From Microthyrium microscopicum (Eukaryota): a stretch of DNA of 64,000 nucleotides. The position numbers and the translations under genes were made by a program. Positions 27,301 to 39,195 of this stretch are shown piece by piece. The notes beneath the pieces were generated by a model that made no database searches, was not told the DNA's origin, and was given only the letters and a program-made list of their open reading frames with translations. Numbering within the stretch: the first letter of the stretch is position 1; the number at the start of each line of letters is the position of its first letter. The stretch covers positions 1,805,784-1,869,783 of the forward strand of contig MU004231.1 in the NCBI GenBank assembly GCA_010405405.1. Reading direction: 5' to 3'.

Positions 27301-27472
27301 ACCACCGCCTCCTGGTCGCCCTCCCCAGCAGCAGGATATGAACTTTGGCATTCCAGCTGATGGTCAGGCGCGATATCCTGCAGGACCAGGTGGATATGCT
27401 GCACCTGCTAACGGGAGAGCTTCGCAACCATCTGGTAAAGATCCTTGGGCTGGTCTAAGCGGATGGCAATGA
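24384..27472 (+). CDS. BRO1: Vacuolar protein-sorting protein Bro1 (BRO1 domain, V domain, Pro-rich tail), 4 exons
   Basis: MAQSPMISCPLKQTNEIDW, GRDLLYRYYGQLELLDLRFP, AYEKASIIFNI, KDNDFIYHQPVP, SLYDEEKAKL; Pro-rich C-terminus. Confidence 0.95.
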
Positions 27473-28019
27473 GCCAGAATTGTGGTATTCAATACCGCTG
27501 CTTGAATAGGTGGCAACCTATATGTGGGTTTACTTGTTTGTACTATGGTGGTGGAAGAGGAAGTGTGCTGCATCTCTTGTTTAAAGCATACCTATCATCG
27601 AGTATTTTATTCCAAGAAATGAACTTGACTACCCAATATCGATCCCTTGCTAATCTTTTGCGCTTGTACGTCGAGAACAAAGAATAGCCCCTTTGTGTTC
27701 AACTACGTTTTGCAAAGAACACGGTGCCCCACCCTTTGCTATTGTGGCTCGATTCTGATTATATGTTTACTAGCACGAATGACTGGATGAGGAGATCGGC
27801 AGCAGGTGTTATGCATGGGTGTGGTGCGCAGTGCCCCTGATACAAAGATGGGCGGCGAGGCATGCATTGAGAATTGGGCGGCGAGAATTAAACGTCTGCT
27901 CCCATGTCCGTTGGCTGAGATCTTTCAAGTCCTTTGAGTACCAAAATCACGGACGAAACTAGAACGATACTTGGATTTTATACTTTGGGCTTATGAATGC
28001 TTAGAGACAGTTACTCGAC

Positions 28020-29070
28020 ATGATTTACAGATTTCAGCTGTCTTTAGAAGAGCAACTTGCAACGATATATAATGGACTCGATTCAACTACTTGCCAAACC
28101 AATGCTGTAAATCCGACGCTGAGCTCAGTATATAGTGGCCAAGACCAATCCCTCTTTTTCTTCAAATTACCTCCAGAGCTACGGCGGAGAATATATCGAT
28201 ATCTGGCTACTGACTTACCCAAGCACATCCACATAGTGAAAGGGACAAGATCTGGCTACATAAACTGCAAAGCCTTTAGCGAGAATAAGGGCACTTGGCA
28301 AACCACGTTTTGTCTTGAAATTGAGTTGGAAGAGAACCTACACTCGGTACGCATACTTTGCGATATTTGGCTTGAAAGGGATGGGCTAGACTCCACGCGT
28401 CCTGAATATAAGGCTCTATGTGCCTCACTCTCAGCAGCATTGAAGAAGGCTCCGTCCGACAGCCACCTATACAGTTTTCTCGTTGATATTGATTCGTCTC
28501 TAGGCTAATGTGAGTTCTCGCGGCCCTGGAGGCCACAGGTCTAACGAATTGCTAATAGACACCAGGCAAGATGAAGTTCATCATGAGTTATACTGGAATA
28601 CCACTTTCCGAATTTTCAGCCCTCAGCTACTGCACACGTTTTTGAACAACCTTCGACCTCACAGCCTTGGGCTTATTCGTAAAATGTAATTCACCTGGGC
28701 ATTCAAGACAGAGAGTTGAAATTACAAGAGAAGACAACGAAGATACAGTATCAAGGGCATGAACAGAGCCGAGACCGATTGGATTGCTGCTGCAAAGTTG
28801 ATCTCTAAATGCGTCAACTTGGACACGCTGATGATTCAGATACTTGGATCAGGACCTTTACTGGCAGACTACAAATTGCAACGGCCACTTCAAGCTTTAC
28901 GAATACCAAATCTTACTGTACAGCTTCCATGGTATCGAGACTATCATAACCCGCATGCAATGTTCTCTGACGAGGAATGTGCGTTTCCGATCCATCGGGC
29001 ATCGCGGGAATTCACTGAGGCAAAGGGTCGGTATGCTATGCTCAAGCCTCCTTTCTCGCTTCAATCTTGA
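28020..29070 (+). pseudogene. Probable pseudogene of a fungal FFKLPxELR (F-box-like / DUF7730-type) protein
   Basis: QSLFFFKLPPELRRRIYRYL at the start. The downstream frame HELYWNTTFRIF...FLNNLRPHSLGLIRKM*FTWAFKTES*NY...MNRAETDW has in-frame stops TAA 28687-28689 and TGA 28717-28719, in frame with the ORF starting at 28759. Confidence 0.55.
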
Positions 29071-29473
29071 GAATCTACCTAGGCTTCAAGTTCTGTCAAC
29101 TGCTTTCGTTTTTCAACTATAGGCTATGAGCTACTTCGACATTGATCAGCGATTAGAACATGTCGCTTATCTCTGTTTTGTTAGCTCCCATACATGATAC
29201 AGCGTGACTAGTGACAAATATACAAACGGGTCATCTTGTTTACGATTCCTTGCCACAAAGAAGATTATGCCATGGAACTAATACTTTTTCGGTTCCTATA
29301 GCGGCTTCTGCGGGTAACATTTCCATATTCAAGATTGCCCATGGATATGAAGAACACATTTTGCAATGCTTCTTACCTCCCTTAAGAAAAATCATTATGT
29401 ATTACTGCCAGCGTGGTTCACGGCCATATACCTAATTGAAGAAACGAGAGTACCTGGTGGCTTTGTCCACCCT

Positions 29474-31873
29474 CTAAAGCTCTTCTTCCGAGTCATTTTC
29501 CACGGCCGGTTCCTTATGGACTTTGACTGTATCAATCTCTTCTTCCACAGTGGTCTCCACGATTGGCTTCTTAGCGACATTGCCTGTATCAACCTCTTCC
29601 TCCCAGGTGGTCTCCTCAGCCGGCTTCTTGTAAATAGTGTCTATATCAATGCCGGAGTCGGCAATATACCCATCCCAAAACTGTGTCGTGTCTTGACATG
29701 GTCCACTGTCTATAAATGCTGGTAGCTCCACAATCGGGTTCAGAAATGAAGGCCGCCACTCCGCCTGCTCTGCCTGAGCTTCTTTCCGAGGATCTCTTTC
29801 TGACCCTTCTTCATTATGATTAGGCGGGCTGGAGCCAGAAGGGATGATTGTAGGTGGGCTCAGTCTGGGTAGACTTGACCTAATCGGACTTCCTTCAGGT
29901 GGACTTGATCCTGGTGAAGCGGTACTAGGCGGGCTGGTACGAGGGTGGTTGGCACGGCTGGTCACAATTGACGGTCCAAGAGTGGAGTCCGGACTGATGC
30001 AGATAAAGGGCACACCCAGTAACTTTGTTGTGGCTTTAGGTTTCACTTGCCCGTCTTCGCTCCCTGGAGAACTCTCTCCGTGTGGCAAAGATTCAGAACT
30101 TTCCGTGTTTCGGTCATCATCAGGCTGTTCTCCAGGTTGTTGATTAAGCTGTTGCTCAGGCTGCTGTTTCGGCTGTTGATCGAATTGTTGATCAGACTGT
30201 TGAACCGGCAGTTTCCCACGTTGTTTTTCAGAAAGTTGCTTAGGCTGTTGATGTGGTGCTACAGATACCGGCGTTACTGTGCCTTCCAAAACTCTGGGAA
30301 CCAATCCTAGAGTTTTCGCCGATGCTGATGTACCATAGATTCGAGCGTTCAGTCTATTCATATTTGCAACTCCCGCGCCTGTCATATAAGCTTTAGTCGA
30401 AGTGGGCTCTACTGACCTTGTAACCACTTCTGTCAAGCGGGCCTTTCTTATTGTTTTGATAGCGGATTGAGTCCTCCTCGCGGGCAACGGGATCTTTGAT
30501 AAACTACCAGTTCTAACATGATTCGGCTTCTCAGACCTAGTGAATTGGTGTCTATAGCTTTCTTTATGCTGCTCTAGCTTAGCTTGAGTGGCGTCAAGCT
30601 CGATCCGTGGCGGCCAGTGTTCAAGACTAATCTGGTCAGTTTGACGAGGCTCTATATATCTAATATCTTCTAACTGCTCCTTAAATTGCACATTCCTAAC
30701 GCCCTTTGGAGCTTTGGAAGTCCTGGTGAATTCGGTCGGTCTAGTTTGTGCTTTGAATCCTGAACGATTTGTTGACCTTACCTGCTTTACATGTCCGGGC
30801 TGAAGCTTTGGTCCAGCCCGATCATACCACTCTGGATTGAGTGAAGGTTTGGTCTCGGAGTACCTATTCACGAGAGGTACATAGAAGGATGGATGACCAG
30901 CTGGCCAGATCCATGGCCGATTTACAGGATATCTTGGAGAGCCTACTGGGGCCTGAAGATCTTCTTCCGCCGTCCATTTGCTGCCAAAGGCTGAACCATA
31001 ATGATTAGTGATTGATGGGCCACGTACTTTATCTCGAGCTGTCGAGTCATTAGTATTGTTTGGTGTGGCCGAATCGCGATCCCCAATAATAGCTCGATGA
31101 AGTTTATTGTCGACTGAAGCACGATATGCTTTCATCTTGTCCTCAACTTCAGGGTCATTTTCGGGCCGCTCAAACTTGGGAAAGCAATCTGGGCATTTCT
31201 GGTGGTTTGGAGTCGATGCTTCTACTAATCTTCCTAAAGAAAAGCAGCACAAGAACCAATAAAAGTTAGAATCAGTGTATTTTGTCCGGCTCAGTAGCAC
31301 CAATATGAGTAGTGGTGTCGCGAACCAGATAACGCCAGGCTCTGACCTATAGTCTCGACCGTAGTAGCCGTGAGTACAGCGAGAAGCATAGATCCAGAGA
31401 CGGGAGCTGCATGTGTAAAATGCAACTATGGAGAAGAGGGATATCTGTTTTATCGGGTGTTCAGTCAACGTAGGCAGCATTCTTGAGGTACAGGTAAATA
31501 TCATAGCCCCAAATAATGCTTGTGCCAATCCTATGATTGCCTTTCTCAACACATTGCTCCAGTGAGAATAGAGGAAGCACAAGACGTGTAAAAGTAGATG
31601 TGGTAATACGGCTCCAAGTAACGATATAGTCAGCCATGTGAACCAGTTCAGAGGCTGATTACTGAGCTGAAGCAAGTATACAACCACGATTAGTGAGATT
31701 GCAGGGTGTGTGGCCGTCTTTACTTTCTGCAAGTAGCATCCTATGCAATGGTCTTCGAGGAATATGTTGTGGGGACAATTTGGGTAATCGTACTCATCTT
31801 CCACCTTGGATTGCTTCTGGGGAAACAAGATGGAAGTTAATAAGAGAACCAATGATGTGGAGGTGGATGACAT
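29474..31873 (-). CDS. Orphan 799-aa protein: multi-TM N-terminal third and disordered low-complexity C-terminus
   Basis: Uninterrupted 2.4-kb ORF. Several hydrophobic segments in the first ~220 aa, then QQP-type, SPP-rich and acidic ETTxEEExDT repeats. Confidence 0.7.
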   Translation of the reverse strand: MSSTSTSLVLLLTSILFPQKQSKVEDEYDYPNCPHNIFLEDHCIGCYLQKVKTATHPAISLIVVVYLLQLSNQPLNWFTWLTISLLGAVLPHLLLHVLCFLYSHWSNVLRKAIIGLAQALFGAMIFTCTSRMLPTLTEHPIKQISLFSIVAFYTCSSRLWIYASRCTHGYYGRDYRSEPGVIWFATPLLILVLLSRTKYTDSNFYWFLCCFSLGRLVEASTPNHQKCPDCFPKFERPENDPEVEDKMKAYRASVDNKLHRAIIGDRDSATPNNTNDSTARDKVRGPSITNHYGSAFGSKWTAEEDLQAPVGSPRYPVNRPWIWPAGHPSFYVPLVNRYSETKPSLNPEWYDRAGPKLQPGHVKQVRSTNRSGFKAQTRPTEFTRTSKAPKGVRNVQFKEQLEDIRYIEPRQTDQISLEHWPPRIELDATQAKLEQHKESYRHQFTRSEKPNHVRTGSLSKIPLPARRTQSAIKTIRKARLTEVVTRSVEPTSTKAYMTGAGVANMNRLNARIYGTSASAKTLGLVPRVLEGTVTPVSVAPHQQPKQLSEKQRGKLPVQQSDQQFDQQPKQQPEQQLNQQPGEQPDDDRNTESSESLPHGESSPGSEDGQVKPKATTKLLGVPFICISPDSTLGPSIVTSRANHPRTSPPSTASPGSSPPEGSPIRSSLPRLSPPTIIPSGSSPPNHNEEGSERDPRKEAQAEQAEWRPSFLNPIVELPAFIDSGPCQDTTQFWDGYIADSGIDIDTIYKKPAEETTWEEEVDTGNVAKKPIVETTVEEEIDTVKVHKEPAVENDSEEEL

Positions 31874-32352
31874 TATTTCCAGCAGTGATTTTGCTTACCA
31901 GAGCAAAAGCAGGTCAGAATTCGGTAATTGCTAGAAATCGTTCTTGAGTAGTCTCATTTGGCTAAAGTTATGATTATTTAGGTGGGAAGAATTGTAACCT
32001 CGAAGCATGATAGGCGATATAATCTATGCTTTGTCAAGGAAACAAAGGAACTATACTTCCTGGCTTTCTCTTCATGCGAAGATCTTTAAGCAACAAAGGG
32101 TTGCAGCCGAGAAAAAGAGAGCATAAGTCGTTGCATTGTATTTTGCAAGGACACTTGCTTTATCTTCTTCCACAATGGGATTGATCTTCTCATCAGCCTC
32201 GTAAATATTGGAATAGAGACTATTGCAATGCGAATCAACAAAGACGACTCATTCTGTGCAACTAAAAAGCACAGACATGTGCAATGGTTATTATAAGAGG
32301 TAGCAAAGCCTCGATTTCCGCAATTTATGGTGTCGATATACATTTGAAACCT

Positions 32353-33681
32353 TTACAAGCTCGACACTCTCCCTGGCTGCCGTTCCGATGGTACTGTAAA
32401 AAGCTCAATGTTTTCCTCAGCCTCATTTTGCTCTAACACTCCAGTTGGCGGTGCGTTGAATGTGTCGTTCCCGAGCTGAGTGCTGATATCAGACCATCGT
32501 CTCTCAATGAAAACAGTCCATTCCGCGATCTCCTCTGGAACGCTCTGTATTTTCCAAAGCGTCCCAAACCAGATAACTTGTGCAGTAGCAGGCAATACGA
32601 CCTCAAAAACAATCTCTTTCTTCTGGCTTAGAGGACCAGACGCCGGAAAATGGTAAAAGTCGCAGATCCGATAGATTTGATGAAGAAGCAATACCGTGGT
32701 GGCGTAAGGAAAGGCACTCAAGACTCATTAGTATCAGCTCAGGTAACCTTCTAGATTTTCAGAAATCAATATCCCACAATCCTGTATATCTTTTTACAGC
32801 GAACTGGGATTGAGGGCAATGAAATAGGACAGCTTGAGGACAAATTCTTTAGCCAGAGGTTAACTTACATCCAGGAGAGCATCTTGTAGGTGATGTTACC
32901 CGGTGTTTTCACCAGATAAATGCTATATGACCCGAGACATGACAAAATTGCTGCGAGCTCGAGAAAGTATGAGGCCTGGTATGTATTAGCCCATGGTGAC
33001 TATAGCTTGACTTCTTGAGATGTTGAAACAAATCGGCATCGAAAGGCAAATGGATCGTTGGTAAGGAGCGAATCGCTCCTACCTGTAGCCATGGACTACT
33101 ATCATACAAAACACAGGGTGTTTTGGTGCCATAAAGTTTCTTGGGAGAGTTGATCAAGTATATCAGCCGCTGAGAACACTTACCCAAACATATCGAAATG
33201 ATTCAACAACCTTAGGCTGGCCAACGGACTTCTTTAAATCGGCCCAGCCAATGATGACAAGTATCGCTTCGACCATACAGAATGCAACCGCAGGGTAGAA
33301 CCCTATCTTCCGAATCAGCCTGCGGGTTTTTCGATTGGTCATGAGGGAGTTTTGCGGATTTTGAGGATCAACTTCCATGCTGATATGTGAAAGTTGCATA
33401 ACAACACATATCATCGCAAATATTAGTGTCGTTGGTCCCCAAAGAACAGCGATGTTATATGCGTCCACAAGAGGAGTGTCTGTGCCGTTCAACAAGCACC
33501 ACAAAGCTCTTGCGTGACCGGCCAGCATAATCAAAGTGCTGATGCCAAAAGGAATTGCGAAATACTGGCCCAAAACCACTTGGCGAATGATGTGGGCGAT
33601 GGTGAGAAAAAGATAAATGACCACTTGGCTAATCTCAGCCCCAAGTGAAGGAAGCAGCGAGGACTGATCGCTATCGTCCAT
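32353..33681 (-). CDS. Divergent RTA1-like 7-transmembrane protein (lipid-translocating exporter family), ~4 exons
   Basis: Joining ORF fragments through GT-AG introns gives LPSLGAEI, LFLTIAHIIRQ, YFAIPFGISTLIMLAGHARA, VLWGPTTLIFA ... LLLHQIYRICDFYHFPASGPLSQKKEIVFEVVLP, which follow the RTA1 consensus; seven hydrophobic segments. Start and last acceptor are uncertain. Confidence 0.55.
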
Positions 33682-35047
33682 CGAGCGTTGGAATACAATT
33701 GAGTTGTCTGGTAGAACGAATGTATGAAGGCTTCCACGGGAAGCTCGTGGAGGCACTGGCTTTCATTGAGATGTGTAAGGATCGCAAAGTCTATGGCAAA
33801 CATCATGGACAATTCAGATAAAACTGGTTCCAAGTCTAAGCTGGGCGGCTAATCGTGCTTTTGAAAAGCTAAGTGATACGGAACCAGTGTTGTCCAAGAT
33901 AACACACCTTCCGCCGGATAGGCACCACTTTTCCCGTTTACCCCGTACATATGTAAATGAATTGTTCTCTCATTCATTCAACTGTTGCCTATTTCGTAGC
34001 GCCGATTAGGAGCCTCTGAGAATAGTATCAGAAAGGAGCTGTGAAGGAATTCCACCACATATCTTCCATCAGATCCCACAGAGCCTACCTCGGTACCCGT
34101 ACCTACGGCGCATATAGATGGCGAAGTTGAAGAAACAAAGAAACTGAAATTCTTTGTATTGCGAAGAATTTTGCTTGGGAACCGTTAATAAGTGACAAAG
34201 TAAATTCTACAATGCTGGGGTGAGCAGTCCAAAGAGGATAGATTGTACCTATCAGGCTGAGTGAAGCATCTATCTTTAGTACAAAGAAAGACCGGATTGT
34301 TGAGTATTTAGGTACTTTTGATCAACATCCTGTGCAACGAGCGTTTAGCCTGATCAAAGAGGTAATTGTTTCTAGCAGTCTAGGTGGTGTCCGTCCTTTC
34401 CTTACCATTGCAGATAATGATGATAAAAATCAGCACTTCCTTGGTGACGAGAAGTAGGCTTCCCAATAATGTTAGCCGTCTCTGCTGCTCGGCTAAGCCA
34501 GCATGTTTCCTGACCTGGCGCGTTCCGAGGGACCCCAGGTATTTGCCCTGCTACAGACAGGGCAGACATGAGAGAAGACGACATATCATTATTTCATTAA
34601 ATCACAGCAGGTGATATTCCAGATAGTGCCTGAAACATTGTCGACAGGAAAATTGCAGAGAAAGAAGAGCGCAAAAACGAGAATAAAAGGTTATATCTCC
34701 AATGATTGCATTATAGCCTCTCCTACTACTCTCGATGAACACGCGGGAAGTATATCAACAAGGTTGTACAAGGCTCCTGACGAGCAGAAAATAATATCGT
34801 AAAGTTTTTCAACAACTATGGCCATAAAATGCGCGAGGACTCTCTCTTGCCAACTGTCCAGCCTTCTCCTCCTACAACAGGATCGCTCAACCTCGGTCAG
34901 TTCTTCCTCCATGGACCGATGAATGACAATTGTTTTTCCCATGAAAGCCAGTTTCCGCTAATGCACGACACCTACGAATAGGGTCAAAAATAATAAGATG
35001 AACAAGAATAGGACGCCAAGATTATTAACACACCACAGCTAGTCCTT

Positions 35048-35931
35048 TCACGAGAAAGTCGTCGTCAGCTGAGCGCTCGTTCCCATGAAGCAACCTCCGT
35101 TCATTCCTGCCGCGTCGGTCTGGCCACCGTTCTGAGCACCGCAGTTGTTGAGTTGGTATGTGCCGGCCTCGAAGCATGTGTTGCCGCTCTTGCAGGTGAA
35201 GACGCAGGTGCTCATGTCAGTCGTGCACTTGGAGCCAACCACGCTGATGGAGTTACCGCTCATATTGACTTCACGAGACACATCGACAGTACCCCAGGCG
35301 CCGTAGGTGAACTCCACCCAGGTGTTGGAGATTTGGCCGTTGACGAGCTGGGTGTTGCCGTAGATGGCAGACATGCCTCCGGAAATATCGGCGCAGGAGA
35401 TGACCTGGCTTTGTCCTGGAGAAAGCGCAACAGTGATGAGTGGTGGCTTGCCTGCAGTGTTCATCCATGAGCCGGCAGGACCCCAGACAACAACGATGAT
35501 GGATTCGGAGGCAGCGTTCTTGACAGTGTTGACGTTGGGTCCACCGGATCCGAGCCAGCAGGCGCCGTTGCTGGCTTGTGAGTTTTGACCAAGGTTTGCG
35601 AATCCTACGCTCATGAGCTTGCTGGAGATGTCGACGCTGCTAGTTGATGCACTGGTTGTGGTCTGTACGTTGGTGTTGGTTTGAGGAGCAGCGACAGGAG
35701 CAGATGAAGCTTTAGAAGATGGAGTAGCAGCGGCCGCGCTTGTTGGGGATGCACTGCTATGTGCCTTTGCGCCTTGTATAGCGTCATTCCAATCCCTATG
35801 ATATGTTAGCCCGCGAGTATACAAAATAACAGGCTTTCAAACCTCTTCTCGACCTGGCTTGGGACAACTCCAGCGAAGGCACTGTTGGCGAACAAGGCAG
35901 CGATTGCCAATGAGACTGTTGAAACACGCAT
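35048..35931 (-). CDS. Secreted Asp f 4-like protein (candidate effector), 2 exons
   Basis: Signal peptide MRVSTVSLAIAALFANSAFA, Kex2-like EKR site, Ser/Thr/Ala linker, then a Cys-containing domain (WVEFTYG..GTVDVSREVNMSGNSIS...CTTDMSTCVFTCKSGNTC...GGC) resembling the allergen Asp f 4-like family. Confidence 0.75.
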
Positions 35932-37926
35932 TTCGATTGATATGAAGACTAGTTCGTAAGTTGTAAGTTGAGATCGAGTTGTTTTCAGTTATACGTCCAG
36001 CGTCTGTATGGTCGCGTAGTAGTATAACTTTCTCCTCTCCTTTATATTTTCTTCAAAGAATGAATGTGTCGAACACCAAACGAGAGAGTGTAGTTTGTTG
36101 CAAGTGAGCGTATTCCGTTTAAGTGAGTGAACAACGTGTATGTAAAAGAGTGAAATGGCCCGACTGGTGTAGACGACAACGACAACGCAGAACAGACGCC
36201 CAGCGCGCAAACCAAGACAAGCAAGAGAGTGAACGAGTGACCAGAGCCTGTGGAAATGAGCACGACCAAATTAGACGTTGGGCAAGCGAACGATTTAAAA
36301 AGAGGCTCACATTTGTTGATCAGCCTTGCCTCGTGGCTGGCGCTAATACCTATTACGGGAGCTAGCGACCAGTCCCATGTCAGAGAAAACGCCGCAAAGC
36401 GCCTTTTCTTTCTTCCAACAGTCGAGATGGGTCTAAGACGGGCCCAAGATGGTAAGGTCGGGCTACGACAAGGCCTGTTTGAATCCACACTGTTGCGTGG
36501 CGCCAATTTGCTGGGGACTTGGTTGCTTTGCTTGCACAACATGACGAATTTGTTGGATCCATCATCAGAAATGAACTCCAAAGACTCGAAAGATACTACA
36601 TACGAGGTTCATTACCAGAGATCCCCGCGATCAGAACGATTAAGCGGAAGGTTCTAACGCTATGATCATTTCCAAACATTGCTAATTGGAAGGTAAAGAC
36701 CCATTGATTCTAAATGACTCTCAGCAAGAGAAAGAAGACCAGCAAGAACCAGGACTCGACGACCGTAACGACCAGGCAGGGGGAAATGAGATGAAAAAGA
36801 CCAACGAATCAAAAGCATAGAAATTGGCGGCGGAAGAAGAGACGCTAGACTTGTTCCTGAAAGAAAGGCATGGTTGAAAACTGTTGGTTCAGGGGTTGAT
36901 CGATGTTTCATTGGCACCATCCGCCGTCAAGCTGCAACCTCCCACCAATCTCCACCCGTCTTCTGAGTTGCCAAACATCGGGCGGATGGCGCCGTGACAA
37001 ACAAGCCAAAGGATTGTCCCTGCACATCATTCAACCTTCTTAAAGAAACAGATTGCCTGACCAGTGAACAGGCGATTCTCCATGTTTCGCCCATCGCTGC
37101 GTTCTCGAAGGACGAACGTCCAACACCAACACCAACACAACAGTGCAACCGTGAGCAATTCGTGCTGGTGTCAGACTGTTCGCCTTGCGCTCGTGCGGTC
37201 TTACGTGGAGTTCTGTTTGACGAACAGATCCCTGCTTTAGCTTCCAACAAAATGGATTTCTAGTGGAACCGATGTCAACCTAACCACCAAATTTTCTCCC
37301 GATGCTTGTACTTTTCATCTGAACATGCAACATCAGGGAGATTCACCGGACCCGAAGAGGATTTTGAACCAACATTGCAAAATGACCTCCTGGTGAAACA
37401 CGTCCTTCTCGGAATGGAATCCCCAGCCGATGAGATCTGCGGTTCTAGCCCAACGTGTCGGTTCGGAGAATAGGAAATGCAATTACCTGGATGAATTGTA
37501 TTACGCATGATGAGTAGATACTAGACAAAGGAGCCTCATGGCAAATGTCGACCAATAGACAAAGTACCGGCTCGGTTCATCAATTCGAATGCTCTATATT
37601 CCTTCTACCACCCTTTATGATTGGATGCTCAAGAAAACTATAGACTGTTTTTGGATTTTGTATGGCTACCGCATGCTATAGGCAAATAACCGCATTCCCT
37701 CTATGAATGTCGAGGGTTGCCGTTGCTGTTGGCCAGGGCTTGTCATATATTACGTCTACCCGCCGAAATGTTGCATGATCTAGTGACTTATGTTTGTGTT
37801 TGGACGGTGTAACGGTGAAGTAAAGCAATATATCAAAATGAACTATCTCATATAGCCGCTAATTCCAATTTAAGCAGAGGGCTCCGTAACCAGTTTACAC
37901 ATAAGATTCTGCAACCACATACTGTA

Positions 37927-39195
37927 CTACACTTTGGCAAACTCGTTACGCAAATCTTCTTCAACGTTGTTCAAGTACAACCATCCCAGCTGCCCTTCCG
38001 GACTAGATCCATCGTCTTCATGCCAAATTTGCTCTGGAGGTAACAATTTCCGTTCCGCTTCGGATAGACGCATACTGTTCATTTTGTTGGTAAGTTCCAG
38101 AACTTTGTCGACCCGGCCTTGTCGATAGCTCTGCCAAATCTTCACTGCACTGCAAAGGTCCAATCCAGGTGAGAGTGAGCTGAGCACCACTGCCAAACAC
38201 AGTGCATCTTCAAATGCTTGGTTGGCTCCTTGACCGGCTGTTGGGGGAATAGCGTGCGCTGCATCACCTGTCATGATTACACGACCAGTATTGGATGACC
38301 ACTCCTCCATCTTTGGAACAGTGTGAAAGGGCCAGATGGACATGGAGTGTGTCTCTGGCTCACTCGCTTGTCGTTGACCCTGTTGTACGAGCTCTGACCA
38401 GTCGTTCATGTCTGCTTGATGTAGCTGAATGAGCTCAGTCTTTTCCTTGAGAAGCATATCCCAGCCTGACCGGTCTTGCAGCGGATACTTGAATTGACGT
38501 CCTACAAAGATCTCGTTGCCATCTGCGTTTTGTGGTGCGTAAACGAACGAACCAGCTTTGCCTTGAAGAGATACTGGTAGTGGGAAGCCTTCCGGAAAGT
38601 TGAATTTTGACTTGGGTACGGCGAATGTGACGCCAATGAAACCAGAGTATTTTGCAACAATTCCAGGATGGATATACTGTCGGACTTTGGAATGAATGCC
38701 GTCTGCGCCGATGAGAACTTCGGCGGTATCCTCAACGGCATCAACAAAAGCGAACTTGACTCCAGTCTCATCTTCAGATATGACTTTGTCAAACTTCTTT
38801 CCATATTCTATGGTTATGCCTTGCTCTTCAGTCATTTCGCGCAGAATACGAAGCAAGGTCTTGCGGTAGATGCGAAGCGCGTTGTAGCCATATTTCTGCT
38901 CGTGGCCAAAGTAATACGTTCCAAGCTTCTCAGAATGGTCGTCGTCGTTGATGAAAGTCAACGTACTGAAGTTGAACCCCTCTTTCACTATGCGTTGGTA
39001 TGCCCCAATGCCATCCAATACCCGAAGAGCATTAGGCGAAAGCATGATGGCTCCTCCAAAGTCGTACGTGGGAGGCCGTAGCTCATAGAACTTGGGCTTG
39101 ATGCCTCGTTGATTGAGAGCTAGTCCTAGAGTGAGACCACCAAGGCCTGCGCCAATAATGGTCACTGTCTTTGGTGGAGCTGTCATGGAAGCCAT
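37927..39195 (-). CDS. FAD-dependent monooxygenase (group A aromatic hydroxylase, salicylate-hydroxylase-like)
   Basis: IIGAGLGGL (GxGxxG), LIGADGIHSKVR (DG motif), GDAAHAIPPTAGQGANQAFED (GD motif); intronless. Confidence 0.92.
   Translation of the reverse strand: MASMTAPPKTVTIIGAGLGGLTLGLALNQRGIKPKFYELRPPTYDFGGAIMLSPNALRVLDGIGAYQRIVKEGFNFSTLTFINDDDHSEKLGTYYFGHEQKYGYNALRIYRKTLLRILREMTEEQGITIEYGKKFDKVISEDETGVKFAFVDAVEDTAEVLIGADGIHSKVRQYIHPGIVAKYSGFIGVTFAVPKSKFNFPEGFPLPVSLQGKAGSFVYAPQNADGNEIFVGRQFKYPLQDRSGWDMLLKEKTELIQLHQADMNDWSELVQQGQRQASEPETHSMSIWPFHTVPKMEEWSSNTGRVIMTGDAAHAIPPTAGQGANQAFEDALCLAVVLSSLSPGLDLCSAVKIWQSYRQGRVDKVLELTNKMNSMRLSEAERKLLPPEQIWHEDDGSSPEGQLGWLYLNNVEEDLRNEFAKV

Noticed and set aside
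36042..37508. Several 60-180-aa ORFs upstream of the Asp f 4-like gene
   Set aside because: Overlapping on both strands, many with non-ATG starts and no motifs; more likely promoter or UTR sequence.
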